In this document: in pieces, positions 38,875-49,934 of the stretch
Numbering within the stretch: position 1 is the first letter of the stretch
Layout: each line of letters opens with the position of its first letter
Assembly (NCBI GenBank): GCA_963705305.1
Contig: OY970067.1
Span: 4,320,001-4,384,000, forward strand
From: an uncultured Methylomirabilota bacterium
GTDB lineage: Bacteria > Methylomirabilota > Methylomirabilia > Methylomirabilales > 2-02-FULL-66-22
Direction: 5' to 3'
DNA: 64,000 bases
Position numbers and translations under genes: made by a program
The notes under the pieces: generated by a model
Told to the model about the DNA's origin: nothing
The model's input: the letters and a program-made list of their open reading frames with translations, nothing else
Databases searched by the model: none

Positions 38875-40389
38875 TCATCGCCACGCTGTCGCAATCTGCC
38901 ATAGGCCGACGAGCGCGCGCTTCTCCGTTTCACCGAACACCCCGATCCAGTAGCCAACAGCCACGTAGAACGACCCCAGTGTTGCGCCCGCCATGCCCAA
39001 CCCTATCCATGATGACGCCAGCGGACGGATCACAAACGCCAGTGCCGCCAGCACAATGCCTAAAGCAATTGGCTTGAGATATGCCACCCGGAAAAGCACC
39101 ACGGGCCGGATGCCGAGATAACGGCGCAACACAATGACAAGGTAAACAACATCAACACTGCACGTGAGCAGCAACGCCCACCCACCACCTTTCAATCCCC
39201 AAGGACGAATAAAGATGAAACAGAAAGTCGCTAACACCACCGCGCGGATCGTTGTATAGATCGTAAATTGCCGCATTTTCCCAAGCCCCACCATCACGTT
39301 GTTAGACAAGGAAGCTGTCAGCGTTCCGATATAACCTGCCAGAGCCAATAATCGTAAAACCCCCGCCGCTTGCGCTGCAATGCTCGGTGTCCAGATCGCC
39401 AAAAATGAGTCGCCGAGAACAAACAAGGGGATAAATATCAGTCCCGCTAACGCCGCGATAAATTGAGACGCGCGAATAAATATCTCGCGCAGTCGATCCA
39501 TCTGTCCCAGACTCTGCAACTCGCTCGCCATCGGAAAGATGAAACCAAGCATATAGGCAAGCATATAGCCGAACGAGTTCACCGCCAAAAAAGGTACGGA
39601 ATAAATGCCCGCCGCTGCCACACCTGCCGAAATGCCAATCAACGTTTGGTCAAGCCGGCTGACCAGACTACTCGTAATTCGATTCCATGTACCATACCCC
39701 ACATAGCCCCTCACTCGCCGCAGCGTTACCCAGTGTAGTCCCCGATGAAAGCGAAAATCAGGCAACAGACGGCGTGTTAACAAAAAATATGTGGGACCCG
39801 CAAGCGTAGTAAAAATCGTACGCGCCAGCACATAGCCGACCACACCGTACCCAGCGTACACCAAGCCGAGCCCAATCAGCGAGCCTGCGGTACTGAAGAC
39901 GACCGAAACGGAATATGTCAGATCGAAGCGTTGTAAGCCCATCGCAATGGCGCGTCCCCAGGACATTCCTACGCTGCCCAAGAACCCAATTCCCGCCAGC
40001 CGAAATACAATCACTGCATCGTCAACCAAATCAGCTGGCACCTGGAACACCGACCGCGCGATCCAGTGCGACAGAAGCATAATGCCTGACATGCCAGCCA
40101 ACCCAAGAACAGCGTACAACTGCAGTGTAGTGCTCAATAGATGGCTTTCTGCATCGGCATCTTCGCGCGCACGATCCTCAGCTAGAAGCTTGATAATCGG
40201 CAAGTCCAGGCCCATATCCACAAAAGCTAGATAGCCGATGATCACTGCCACTAGGCTTTGTAGGCCGTACGCTGATTCTCCTAGCGCACGCAGCAGAAGC
40301 GGCGTCGTTATCACGTTGACCAGCATCGGCACGAAAAAACCTGCCGTGCTGGAGACCGCATTAATTGAACACCGATCCAACCGGTTCAT
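38875..40389 (-). CDS. wzx: Wzx-type flippase
   Basis: Many TMs, TPLLLRALGESAYG, LDQTLIG, within a polysaccharide operon. Confidence 0.85.
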   Translation of the reverse strand: MNRLDRCSINAVSSTAGFFVPMLVNVITTPLLLRALGESAYGLQSLVAVIIGYLAFVDMGLDLPIIKLLAEDRAREDADAESHLLSTTLQLYAVLGLAGMSGIMLLSHWIARSVFQVPADLVDDAVIVFRLAGIGFLGSVGMSWGRAIAMGLQRFDLTYSVSVVFSTAGSLIGLGLVYAGYGVVGYVLARTIFTTLAGPTYFLLTRRLLPDFRFHRGLHWVTLRRVRGYVGYGTWNRITSSLVSRLDQTLIGISAGVAAAGIYSVPFLAVNSFGYMLAYMLGFIFPMASELQSLGQMDRLREIFIRASQFIAALAGLIFIPLFVLGDSFLAIWTPSIAAQAAGVLRLLALAGYIGTLTASLSNNVMVGLGKMRQFTIYTTIRAVVLATFCFIFIRPWGLKGGGWALLLTCSVDVVYLVIVLRRYLGIRPVVLFRVAYLKPIALGIVLAALAFVIRPLASSWIGLGMAGATLGSFYVAVGYWIGVFGETEKRALVGLWQIATAWR

Positions 40390-40409
40390 GACGACTCTTG
40401 CAATATTCG

Positions 40410-41459
40410 CTAAAGGTCCAGAACCCGAATAATCGTATCCGCGAATGCTGGTGGTAGGAAGCGCGCAAAGCGATCGCTTAACAAGTACGTCTGTATAGCA
40501 TCCTGAAACGATGCATACTCTTTCTCAGTCATTCCGAGAAGATAGTCTTCGAGTTCTGCGTCCGACTTGAAGTCACGCCTATCAACAAATGCATCTGCAT
40601 CTACATAATCCACAATATTAGGTGCACCCAAGTAAATTGGAACGCAGCCTGCTCGCATGCTGTCAAAAAGCTTCTCAGTTATATATCCCGGCTCATCGCG
40701 GATATTTTCGTAGCACACACTGAACCGGTAATACGGCAGAATCTCCCACTTGTGCCGCACAATACCACGGTAAGAAGGGTACGCCTGCCATTTACATCCA
40801 AACAGCCGACCAGCCAGTTTCGCCCCTCGCTCCCATCCTACGCCGTATAGGTCAAAATCATTCGGCCGTCTCTCCTCAAAGTGCCGAATCGTGGCCCGAC
40901 GGGCCGAATATAATTCCCGGGGATGACGCGAGTACTTATTCATAGAAATGTTTACCAGCAGTTTCTTCTGAGAAAAGGCGGTCCTCGGTACTTCCGGGAA
41001 CTCACGCGTCTGAGGCCAGTGAATCTTTACAAATTTACGCCCGTCATTAAAGTCATCATGCCATGTAAAGATAATTGAAAATAACCGATGAAGCTTAGGG
41101 TCCCAATTCTCTGGACTGACCGCTGGTGCCTCCCACAAGAAAAGAGCCATCCGTTGCGACATCCCAGCGTGCAAGCACTCCCGGTACAAGTCTCGAACTA
41201 GCGGTTTGCCGCCATATCTCTTTTTAAGCCTACTGGCAAATCCGCGAACACCCGAATATGTATTGACGCTAATGGCGTCGTTGAAAAGAACCCATTCACA
41301 GTCCGCGAGTGGATGTTCATCAGCAGTTCTCAGAGAGTACCCAAGCTGCCCGAGGCGCTCACGTAGGTAGATAGCGGGATCGTTACATGCATCTCTCTCA
41401 TTAGGATCAAACAACCGGTTGTTGCTACCCGACAATGAATGAATTAGAATCGTTCGCAT
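40410..41459 (-). CDS. GT10 (alpha-1,3-fucosyltransferase-like) glycosyltransferase
   Basis: YRFSVCYEN...GYITEKLFDS...VPIYLG. Confidence 0.85.
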   Translation of the reverse strand: MRTILIHSLSGSNNRLFDPNERDACNDPAIYLRERLGQLGYSLRTADEHPLADCEWVLFNDAISVNTYSGVRGFASRLKKRYGGKPLVRDLYRECLHAGMSQRMALFLWEAPAVSPENWDPKLHRLFSIIFTWHDDFNDGRKFVKIHWPQTREFPEVPRTAFSQKKLLVNISMNKYSRHPRELYSARRATIRHFEERRPNDFDLYGVGWERGAKLAGRLFGCKWQAYPSYRGIVRHKWEILPYYRFSVCYENIRDEPGYITEKLFDSMRAGCVPIYLGAPNIVDYVDADAFVDRRDFKSDAELEDYLLGMTEKEYASFQDAIQTYLLSDRFARFLPPAFADTIIRVLDL

Positions 41460-41465
41460 TCAGAG

Positions 41466-42498
41466 TCATACCTTCGCATCATGTTTTAGACGGTCGAAGA
41501 TGCGCTGAAATCGCTGTTCCATTCTGTGCTCTCTCAACGTGCGCTCGTATCCTCGTTGAGCGATCTCTTCCCGCTCCTCTTCATGCCTTAGATAGTAGCG
41601 GACCTTCTCAATCATCTGATCCACTGATTCATAGACAGCAATCTCTTCGCCAATTCGATAGTGGCGTTCCAATCCCTCAACGTAATATGACAGCTGGAAC
41701 CCACCGCACGAATTAATCTCAAAATGCCGTCCCTTGACCTGCTCACAAACCTTGCGATCAGGCCTACGCGAGGAATGTATCACATTCCACCAAATACGAA
41801 GGCTATCTTTGAGTGGCCGGCCAAGAGCTGTCATGTAGCGTACATCCCACGACACAGAGTTGGACAAATTTAGGTTGATCCGGCTCTGATTAAAGACCTC
41901 AATCATCCTCGGGGAAATAAGAGTCTTAGTGTTCCAACCCGCTCCCCAGGATTGCACACGCACTCCCGCCTTCCTCAACTTCTGAATACACCACGCTCGG
42001 TAAGGATGACGCTGCCCGACAAAGGTTACATCATATAACTTGGGGATGGATTTCTTGACGTAGTACTCAGTGTTGCAGCCAAACGGCGAGTAGATGACAT
42101 TGGCGTAACCCGCGTCCCTGAACTTATGAACGCCGTTGACGTTCTGAGGTAGTAATGTAGCAAAAGTGTCCAGCCCAGAAGCGGGAATACTCGACGCGCC
42201 ACATATCGTCAAATAAATAGCCGACCGTGATAGTGTGCTGATTAATTTCATCCACCACCTCCGGGATGAACTGATCAGTGTGAGGAACAAAAAGAACGAC
42301 GTTGGGGTGCTCGCGCTTGACAACTGCAAGGAGCGTCTGATTCATTTTAGATCGCCCCTGTGTGCTCAATACGGCGACGAAGTCGAAAGGAACAACTGCC
42401 CGCACGAGCTTTTCCAAGGGCTTTTGGAAGTTGTTGTACTCGTATGATTTGGTGGGGTCCAGCGGGCCAGCGACCAAAAGTACCTTCATGCTTTTCAT
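41466..42498 (-). pseudogene. CgeB-like glycosyltransferase, frameshifted near 42140
   Basis: N-terminal ORF 42124-42498 and C-terminal ORF with INLN, KGRHFEI, GGFQL in different frames. Confidence 0.7.
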
Positions 42499-43763
42499 GA
42501 ATATTGGCGAATAAATCGATCAAATGTCTCGAATAGGCGATCCATATTCTGCCGCTCAGCGAATGGATGCAGTCCTACGTAAAACCCGCGCTTATGGACA
42601 ATATCGGAACCGGGCAGGCAATCCTCCTGTAGTTCCGGAAACAGCCGGCACACGGGTTGGCGAGCCAGATTGCCAGCAACAATGGGACGCGTCTCGACAC
42701 CTTGCATTTCAAGGTAGGTCAACAAATCGGCTTTCGAAAAGGCGCAATCGGCGGTCAACAGAATCGGCAGTGCAAACCATGAGCACTCAGACTTTGGGTG
42801 CACCTCCATCGTGCGCATCAGATCGGCATGGCGGCGCAGATACTGCTGAAAGTACACTGCATTTGCAAGTCGCTGAGCGTGAAAAATCGGTAGGCGCTTC
42901 ATCTGCTCTAGGCCGAAGCCCGCTTGCAGTTCAGTAGGACGCACGTTTAACCCCCAGTTCAGGAACATATATCGCGGGTCCAAGTCGTCCTGAGTCTCGA
43001 TCGCAGTATACTTGGCGTTCCGCGCCCAACCGTGCGCACGGAGCAATCGAAAGACATCGGACAATGTCCGATCTTGGCACGCAATCATTCCGCCTTCCAT
43101 CGTAGTGATGTGGTGAGAGAAAAAAAAGGAGAAACTACCTGCAATTCCAAATGTGCCAACCGCTTTGCCCCTGAACATGGCACCCAGCGACTCGCAGCAG
43201 TCTTCAATTAACACTAAATCGTACTTTCGGGTGAGACCCAGAACGCGATCCATGTCGCAAGGGTTGCCCATCAAATGGACCAGCGAGATCATGCGGGTTC
43301 TGGGGCCGATTTTTGACTCCAAGTCATTCAAATCCATATTTAGAGTCTGCGGATCTGTGTCTACAAGCCGCACCTTCAACCCGGCCATCATCGCTGACCA
43401 GACCTGCGTGGGCCATGTCACAGAAGGAACCAAAATCTCATCGCCTGGCGCAAGCACTCTTGTTTGCGGATTCACTAACGCAAGTGCAATTAGCAGGTCT
43501 GCCGACGAGCCACTGTTCACCATAATCGCTTCCGCGCTACCTGCTGCTTCAGCGAACTGGCGTTCAAACTCCACTGTCTTCTCCCACATCGTAGTCCGGA
43601 ATGAACACAGCGAATCCACAGCTGCCAGGATCTCTTCCACATCATAGGTTGCCATGCTGAGAGGATACCAATATTTCTGTGGTTTGTAAGTATTGATGCG
43701 TGATCCCTCATCAATCAATGCTTGCAACGGCTCTCGCAATCGATTCGTGTATTCCAAATTCAT
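42495..43763 (-). CDS. DegT/DnrJ family, ColD-like GDP-4-keto-6-deoxymannose 3-dehydratase
   Basis: NSGSSADL, EDCCESLG, FFSHHITTMEGG (His at the PLP-Lys position), no Fe-S Cys cluster. Confidence 0.75.
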   Translation of the reverse strand: MNLEYTNRLREPLQALIDEGSRINTYKPQKYWYPLSMATYDVEEILAAVDSLCSFRTTMWEKTVEFERQFAEAAGSAEAIMVNSGSSADLLIALALVNPQTRVLAPGDEILVPSVTWPTQVWSAMMAGLKVRLVDTDPQTLNMDLNDLESKIGPRTRMISLVHLMGNPCDMDRVLGLTRKYDLVLIEDCCESLGAMFRGKAVGTFGIAGSFSFFFSHHITTMEGGMIACQDRTLSDVFRLLRAHGWARNAKYTAIETQDDLDPRYMFLNWGLNVRPTELQAGFGLEQMKRLPIFHAQRLANAVYFQQYLRRHADLMRTMEVHPKSECSWFALPILLTADCAFSKADLLTYLEMQGVETRPIVAGNLARQPVCRLFPELQEDCLPGSDIVHKRGFYVGLHPFAERQNMDRLFETFDRFIRQYS

Positions 43764-43777
43764 TGCATACCCCGTGG

Positions 43778-44734
43778 TTAGGCAGGATAACGTCGTTCAA
43801 AGTCTGCAACGACAGTCCGTATGCCTTCCTCAAGTCCAATCTTGTGCCTCCAACCGAGTGCGTGCAATTTACTGACGTTTAGAAGCTTACGTGGCATGCC
43901 GTCTGGCTTGGTGCCGTCCCACTCCAGTCTCCCTGCGTAGCCCACAATCCGAGCAACCGTCTCTGCCAGCTTACGGATTCTGAAATCCTTTCCTGACCCA
44001 ACGTTAATAAAATCTGGCGAATCATATTGCTGCAACAAAAACAAGCAAGCATCTGCCAAATCATCCACATGCAAGAACTCTCGGTGAGGATTGCCTGTGC
44101 CCCACAAGGTCACACTTGGCGTGTTGCTTCGTCTGGCCTCCATAAGCCGGCGTACAAGGGCCGAGACGACATGCGAACGCTCGAACTCAAAGTGGTCACC
44201 CGGCCCATACACATTGCACGGCATCGGGCATATCACATTTAGCCCATACTGCTGACGTAGCGCCTGTGCCAGCCGAATTCCTGCGATTTTCGCAATTGCA
44301 TAGGATTCGTTCGTCGGCTCTAACGGACCATGCATAAAATAGTCCTCGCGCATGGGTTGCGGAGTCTCCCTGGGATAGATGCATGAACTCCCCAAGAAGA
44401 TTGCCTTGGTCACTTGGAAATGCTGGCATGCTTCCAGTACATTGTTCTGGATTTTCAGATTCTCCAGCAGGAAATCCACTGGTGCAGCTATGTTCGCGGC
44501 AATCCCGCCGACTTTGGCTGCTGCGAGGATGACAAATTGTGGGCGCGTACTTTCAAAAAGGGTCCGGACCGCACATCGTGAAGTCAAATCAACCTCTTCC
44601 CTAGAGCGCAGAATGAGGCCCTCAAAGCCATTTTGGGTGAACTTACGAGTAAGTGCGGAGCCGACCAACCCCCGATGACCAGCAATATAGATGCTCGATT
44701 CGAGATTCAGATTACGCATCGTCCTAGCCTCCAC
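43778..44734 (-). CDS. fcl: GDP-L-fucose synthase/ColC-like reductase
   Basis: AGHRGLVGS, AAAKVGGI, GSSCIYP, YAIAK, WGTG, REFLHVDD. Confidence 0.9.
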   Translation of the reverse strand: MEARTMRNLNLESSIYIAGHRGLVGSALTRKFTQNGFEGLILRSREEVDLTSRCAVRTLFESTRPQFVILAAAKVGGIAANIAAPVDFLLENLKIQNNVLEACQHFQVTKAIFLGSSCIYPRETPQPMREDYFMHGPLEPTNESYAIAKIAGIRLAQALRQQYGLNVICPMPCNVYGPGDHFEFERSHVVSALVRRLMEARRSNTPSVTLWGTGNPHREFLHVDDLADACLFLLQQYDSPDFINVGSGKDFRIRKLAETVARIVGYAGRLEWDGTKPDGMPRKLLNVSKLHALGWRHKIGLEEGIRTVVADFERRYPA

Positions 44735-45066
44735 ACAACTGCGGGAGGATGATATAGATGGCGGCCGCTATGCGGTCCTCGGATTTGTCCATTATCCACC
44801 GTCCACGGCATTCTGTCTGCTCCTAAGCCAATACGAGCTTCGAACCTTCAACCCGCTGCATCCATCCTACAAGGCATGCACCACTATGATCTACCCACTG
44901 TATCGCTCCCGGTTTCTTTCCCGCGATCACCCTCCTTCTGCCTCCCCATTGTACGCGAGCTGGGTGTCCAAAGAAACCGGGTCCGATCGACCACCGTGCT
45001 CCAATAGGGTCGTGGCCTATGTGGAGCCAATCTAACCCTCGCCCCGGGTCATCAGAACTCGCCCGT

Positions 45067-46137
45067 TCAGCCTCTGCCCTCCTCAAGCGGTTCTCGCCGC
45101 CGCTGCAAATGGCGTTCGTACGCTTGCAGCACTTGCCGTCCCATAAAGGCGCCTAATCCCAGCCAGCTGCTCATCAGAAAGCCAATCCCAGCCAGGAGGA
45201 GGGCCAGGCGACGCGGACGCTCCCGAGCAGTCACAAGATGCCGCCAACACAAGGCATTACGCAGCCGGACTTTTGCCTCTGCTACCTGACCTTGCGCTAG
45301 CAGATTCATCGCGCACAGCACCTGGTCAGCGCTGCGCTCCATCTGATACACTGCTAACGACTGCGGCTGTACGATTTGCCGCAGCTCAGGCTGAGCCAGA
45401 TAATAATCTAGCGTCACGAATAGATGCGCCAGATATGTTCTGCGCCTGTTGAGCTGGGCGCTTCCCTGGTGGACGCTGATCCGGTACCGATGTAAAGGCT
45501 CATCAATGATTCCGATCGGTCCCCATCGTGCCATCCGCAGATACAAATCAATGTCAGACGCAGATGCAAACTGTTCCCAACGGAAAACCCCAACGGCATC
45601 AATGACTTGACGCCGCGTCATCATCGTGGGTACAGGAGTAATGGTGCCGTATTTCAACACGGCATTGAAAAACAATGGAAAGTTGAAATATTCTTGCCCC
45701 CGCAATTCTTGCGGCAAGCGCGTACTACCCAATCGAATGGGGCGATCCAGTTCGTCAATCATTTGTATCATGGTAAAAACTGCACTGATTTGGTGGTGCG
45801 TTTGCAGGAACTCGACTTGCCGCCGCACCATCGTGGGCGTGTACAAATCATCAGCGTGATAGAGTGAAATGAGTGGGCCCCGCGCGAACGAAAGCACGCA
45901 GTTCCAATTGCTCTCTCCACATGCCTCCAGTTTGGGATTCAAGCAATACTTGACCCCGCGTCCGGCATATTCCTGCACGATCTGAGCCGTATCATCCGTC
46001 GAGCAATTGTCAGAAACAATCACTTCATAGTTCGGATAGTCCTGCGCCAGAATTGAATCCAACGTCCGCCGGATCGTTTGACTTCCATTGCGAACTGGAA
46101 CGCACACGGTGACTAAAGGCATAATCATTGAGTTCAC
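45067..46137 (-). CDS. GT2 glycosyltransferase
   Basis: VCVPVRN, SDNCSTD, HADD. Confidence 0.88.
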   Translation of the reverse strand: MNSMIMPLVTVCVPVRNGSQTIRRTLDSILAQDYPNYEVIVSDNCSTDDTAQIVQEYAGRGVKYCLNPKLEACGESNWNCVLSFARGPLISLYHADDLYTPTMVRRQVEFLQTHHQISAVFTMIQMIDELDRPIRLGSTRLPQELRGQEYFNFPLFFNAVLKYGTITPVPTMMTRRQVIDAVGVFRWEQFASASDIDLYLRMARWGPIGIIDEPLHRYRISVHQGSAQLNRRRTYLAHLFVTLDYYLAQPELRQIVQPQSLAVYQMERSADQVLCAMNLLAQGQVAEAKVRLRNALCWRHLVTARERPRRLALLLAGIGFLMSSWLGLGAFMGRQVLQAYERHLQRRREPLEEGRG

Positions 46138-46649
46138 CTAAACCCATTCTGAAAATATCTAACCGCAAGATACCAAGACTACCATGGCCGGAATGGGCGG
46201 AACGCCCAGGGACTGGAACTGCGTCAAATCCCCTGAGGGAGCTTTCCGGAGCTTGGAGTCAAAACCGTTGAACTCGATGAATTGTGGAACCCTGGCGTCA
46301 TGGCGGTTCAAGAGTTTTCCCGGTTCAGGGTTAGATCAGGGCCAAATTAATCAATCTATCCGGATCCAGGCCGGAAGCATGTCGCAGATACACCTGTGTG
46401 CTAACCCTATGAAAAACAGAGCCCGACAAGCTGACCCGCTTTAGGCAGGGGGTAGCCACGTCCAGCTGCTCCAGCATCGACGCAACTGCTTCGCCCAATC
46501 CCCCAGCGCGACCATGCTCCTCACCTGTCACTTATTGAGTGAATGAAGAACCGCCACGCCATTCTCGCAAACCAACGTCCAACCATTGCCTGCGCATCAC
46601 AACACACGCACCATCCCAAGCCGACTGCAACTGCGCCGCATATCTTCGC

Positions 46650-47153
46650 TCACAAAAAGCGCTTATAAATGTCATGAACCGCCAAGAGCTCTTTCGGGCA
46701 GCCGATGTGCCATTTCCACTGATCAGCCATTGGCCTTCCGGAGTTATAGCGGCGACTCTCGGGAAGTGGCGTTGTCAATGAGCATCGAAAGAGGAACGAA
46801 ATGAAGTGGCCGCGAATCTCATGGTCCGGACGAATGATCTCATTCAGCGCCAACGGGGCGGGCTCAATGAACACGTCCGCGCCGAGTTCACTCAAAGCCA
46901 CCGCTCTCGCTCGAGTCTCAAGGCGCTCCTTGAACCGGACAATGCCTCCGGGCAACTGCCAGCCCGCTCCATAATGGTCATCCTCCCGCCATGTCAGCAG
47001 ATTTCGCCCCTGTGAGTCCCTAATAAGCAAGTCCACATTCACCATCGGGGTCAATTTGCTAACAAGTAGGAAGACATCAAGGGGTAGGCCTCGCGTCGGA
47101 TTCTCTATCCGGCGCCACAGTTGATCTACCAGGAGTGGGATATCATTGGCCAT
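46650..47153 (-). CDS. NUDIX hydrolase (GDP-mannose hydrolase-like)
   Basis: PMVNVDLLI, WQLPGGIVRFKE, SELG. Confidence 0.75.
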   Translation of the reverse strand: MANDIPLLVDQLWRRIENPTRGLPLDVFLLVSKLTPMVNVDLLIRDSQGRNLLTWREDDHYGAGWQLPGGIVRFKERLETRARAVALSELGADVFIEPAPLALNEIIRPDHEIRGHFISFLFRCSLTTPLPESRRYNSGRPMADQWKWHIGCPKELLAVHDIYKRFL

Positions 47154-47191
47154 GGCGTTGTCCCGCATCGTCCTTGCATGCGCGTGCGTAA

Positions 47192-48554
47192 GGGATTGGT
47201 AAATAATAACATTTACATATGGCGATTTGGCAACAGGGGTGCCATGCCGACCGTTACCCCGTCGGGCGCGGCTCGAGGGTGTAGTTCCAATCGCCATGAA
47301 AGGCATGGGGGTTCAGGTGCAAGGCGCGCATCTCGGCAGCCGCGATCTTCTGTCCGGCTTCGTACTCCATGGTATCCAGGCGCGCTTTGACCTTGAGCCC
47401 ACTCTTGGTCGTGGTGCCCCCAATGAGATTGACGACGGCCTCGAAAGTGAGGAGCGGGCGGCCCCGCCAGTTCATGCTGATGAAGGAAAACAGGCGATGC
47501 TCCACCTTGTTCCACTTGCTGGTCCCAGGCGGGTAGTGGCACACGGTCACCGGGATCCCGAGCCGATCCGCGAGGGCTTGCAGGTGCGCCTTCCACGCGC
47601 GGAGCCGCGTCCCATTGCTGCCGCCGGCATCGGCGCAGATCAGCAGGCGCCGGGCCTGGGGGTACGCCTTCCGCCCCAGGAGGCGCCACCACCGGCGAAT
47701 GCTCTCGACGGCGAATTCCGCCGTCTCGTGCGTCATGCCCACGTTGACCATCGCTTCGTCGCGGGCCACGTCATACGTCCCGTAGGGGATCGCCTTGCCC
47801 ACGCCCGCTCCCGGGAAGTCGTGGACCGAGACGGCCTCGGGCTGCCCTGTCGGCTGCCAGCGGCGGCCGCGATTCTCAAAGGTTCCGACCAACTCCTTCT
47901 TCTTGGTGTCCACGCTGATGACCGGGTCGTGGCTCCGCACATAGCGCCGGATCTGGTCATTGAGGTACCGAAACTGGGCGTCCCGATCGGGGTGCTGGGT
48001 CCCTTCGAGGGTCTTCACGTTCGCCTGCAACGAGTAGCCCAGCTCGCGCAGACAGCGCGCGACCGTGACATGGGACACCGCGTACCCGTGGCGCCGGAGC
48101 TCCTCGGCGAGGGTACGGGTGGACTTGTTCGTCCACAGCAAGTAACTCATCGGATTGCCCGGGGTGCTGGCCTCCACCAACCGCGTCAGCACGCGCTTGA
48201 CCCGCGGGGCGGCCTCGTCGACCCGCTTGCGCCCCCCGCCCCCCGCGCGGATCCGCCCGGCCTCTGCTGGGGCCGGCAACCGGTCACTCGCCAACTCCGC
48301 GATGCCCTTCAGAATGGTGGGCCGCGACATCCCGGTCAGTCGGCACAGGCGACTGATCGCCCCCCGACCTTCTTCGAGGGCCTTCTGGGCCACAAACACC
48401 CGGGCCTGCGCCTCATTCAACGTGCCCAGCACACGCAGCCAGTGGCGTTCCATCTCCGGTACGGTCGCTGTCGCCGCCATCTTCGTATAGTCTCTCACGG
48501 GCGACAGTATACTCGCGGATTCCCACTTTGTAAACTTTATTATTTACCGGGCCC
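47192..48554 (-). mobile_element. ISAzo13-family insertion sequence
   Basis: TIRs gggattggtaaataataacatttaca / gggcccggtaaataataaagtttaca; 3-bp TAA target duplication. Confidence 0.88.
47254..48498 (-). CDS. ISAzo13-family transposase
   Basis: HPDRDAQF, SVDTKKKE, DAGGSNG, PPGTSKWNKVEHRLFS. Confidence 0.93.
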   Translation of the reverse strand: MRDYTKMAATATVPEMERHWLRVLGTLNEAQARVFVAQKALEEGRGAISRLCRLTGMSRPTILKGIAELASDRLPAPAEAGRIRAGGGGRKRVDEAAPRVKRVLTRLVEASTPGNPMSYLLWTNKSTRTLAEELRRHGYAVSHVTVARCLRELGYSLQANVKTLEGTQHPDRDAQFRYLNDQIRRYVRSHDPVISVDTKKKELVGTFENRGRRWQPTGQPEAVSVHDFPGAGVGKAIPYGTYDVARDEAMVNVGMTHETAEFAVESIRRWWRLLGRKAYPQARRLLICADAGGSNGTRLRAWKAHLQALADRLGIPVTVCHYPPGTSKWNKVEHRLFSFISMNWRGRPLLTFEAVVNLIGGTTTKSGLKVKARLDTMEYEAGQKIAAAEMRALHLNPHAFHGDWNYTLEPRPTG

Positions 48555-48580
48555 TAAGGGAAAGAAGCCCATTCGAGGCG

Positions 48581-49663
48581 CTAGAGCCCACGATTGTAAA
48601 TGAGCGCCCTGAGGTGCTCGTTCTTTCCGTATGGTGTATCAACCACTTCGATCATCAAGGGCGCATCCTTTGGGCAGGCCTTGATGATCCTCTGCCCGTG
48701 CATAATCTCCCTGCAGGACAGTTGACCTTTCTGCAGGGGGATTGCCAAGTACACATCCTCATCAGACAGGACATGATCAACATCCAAATCGCGCCGCGCA
48801 TACACGCCGCGGACAAGCAAGTCCAGGTACTTCGTTTCCTTATCAGGTACTAAACGGCGCTGCGATCCGGGCGCGCCGCACATTTCCTTTGCCTTTTGCC
48901 AGGCCTTAAACCAGCTATCAATTTGCTCGGGCAGCGAACAATATGGCGAAACCGGAATCCCGTCGTCGTTAATGTCGATGTGCCGCTCAAACATCCGGGC
49001 GCCCTTCGCGTAGGCAATCATGATTGAGGACGTCCAGTCGTGATACTCGTGCGTGGAGAAACCGATGGTGTTGTTCGGATACCGGTGCTTGAAGAAATCA
49101 ATCTGATTGAGTTCGAGCTCCGAATCCTCGGACGGGTAGATCGAGACACAATGGTTAATCGCCAGCGGTATGTTGCGATTCGAAAAGAAGGTCACAAGGT
49201 CGTCAATATCCTTCATGGGGGAGCCGCCGGTCGAGACGACGACGGGCTTGCGTGTCTTCGCGATCTTCTCAATCAGAAACCAATCGTTCAGATCCGAACT
49301 CGCAAGTTTAATGATGGGCAGACCAAGTTCTGCACAAATATCCACCGAAGCCTCGTCGAAGGGGGTCGCTATTGGAATGCAGCCACTCTCGCGGATGGCA
49401 TGGGTCAACCTGGCAAGGTCGTCGTGAGAAAGCTGAGTGTCAAGAGTCTTCTTGATGTACCGAATGTCCGTACGGCATCGAAATTCCTTATGGATGAAGG
49501 TGTCTGCGTCGCGAATCTGCAGCTTGATAGCTGCGCGCAGATTATTGAAGCGGACAACACGACTGTAGTCCGCGATGATCTTGAGGCCGCGTTCCAGCTT
49601 GCCCCAGTGGTTGTTAGCCAACTCGAGCACAAACAGGTCCTCGAAGATGTCCCGGTCAATCAT
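48581..49663 (-). CDS. NeuB-family (N-acetylneuraminate synthase-like) with SAF domain
   Basis: [37 protein letters not shown]. Confidence 0.85.
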   Translation of the reverse strand: MIDRDIFEDLFVLELANNHWGKLERGLKIIADYSRVVRFNNLRAAIKLQIRDADTFIHKEFRCRTDIRYIKKTLDTQLSHDDLARLTHAIRESGCIPIATPFDEASVDICAELGLPIIKLASSDLNDWFLIEKIAKTRKPVVVSTGGSPMKDIDDLVTFFSNRNIPLAINHCVSIYPSEDSELELNQIDFFKHRYPNNTIGFSTHEYHDWTSSIMIAYAKGARMFERHIDINDDGIPVSPYCSLPEQIDSWFKAWQKAKEMCGAPGSQRRLVPDKETKYLDLLVRGVYARRDLDVDHVLSDEDVYLAIPLQKGQLSCREIMHGQRIIKACPKDAPLMIEVVDTPYGKNEHLRALIYNRGL

Positions 49664-49934
49664 GGGCGTCAGCCTCCCAACGCGAAAATGCGGTTATACT
49701 CGGGCGGGGTGGCATAGATGACCATATCAACGCTGTCGAAGGCATAAGGCCTAGATGTGGTTAATAATTCAACCGCGATCTTTCATGCGCAGCCGCAGGA
49801 AGTACATACCGGACCATCTTGCCCCGCCTCGAAATGATCGCATGAATATCACGTCTCACATTCCCCGCGCTGTGCAGGATCACACTCGATCGATTTGCGG
49901 GACCTGTCGATGACTTAAGGAATCCTTCTCCTAT

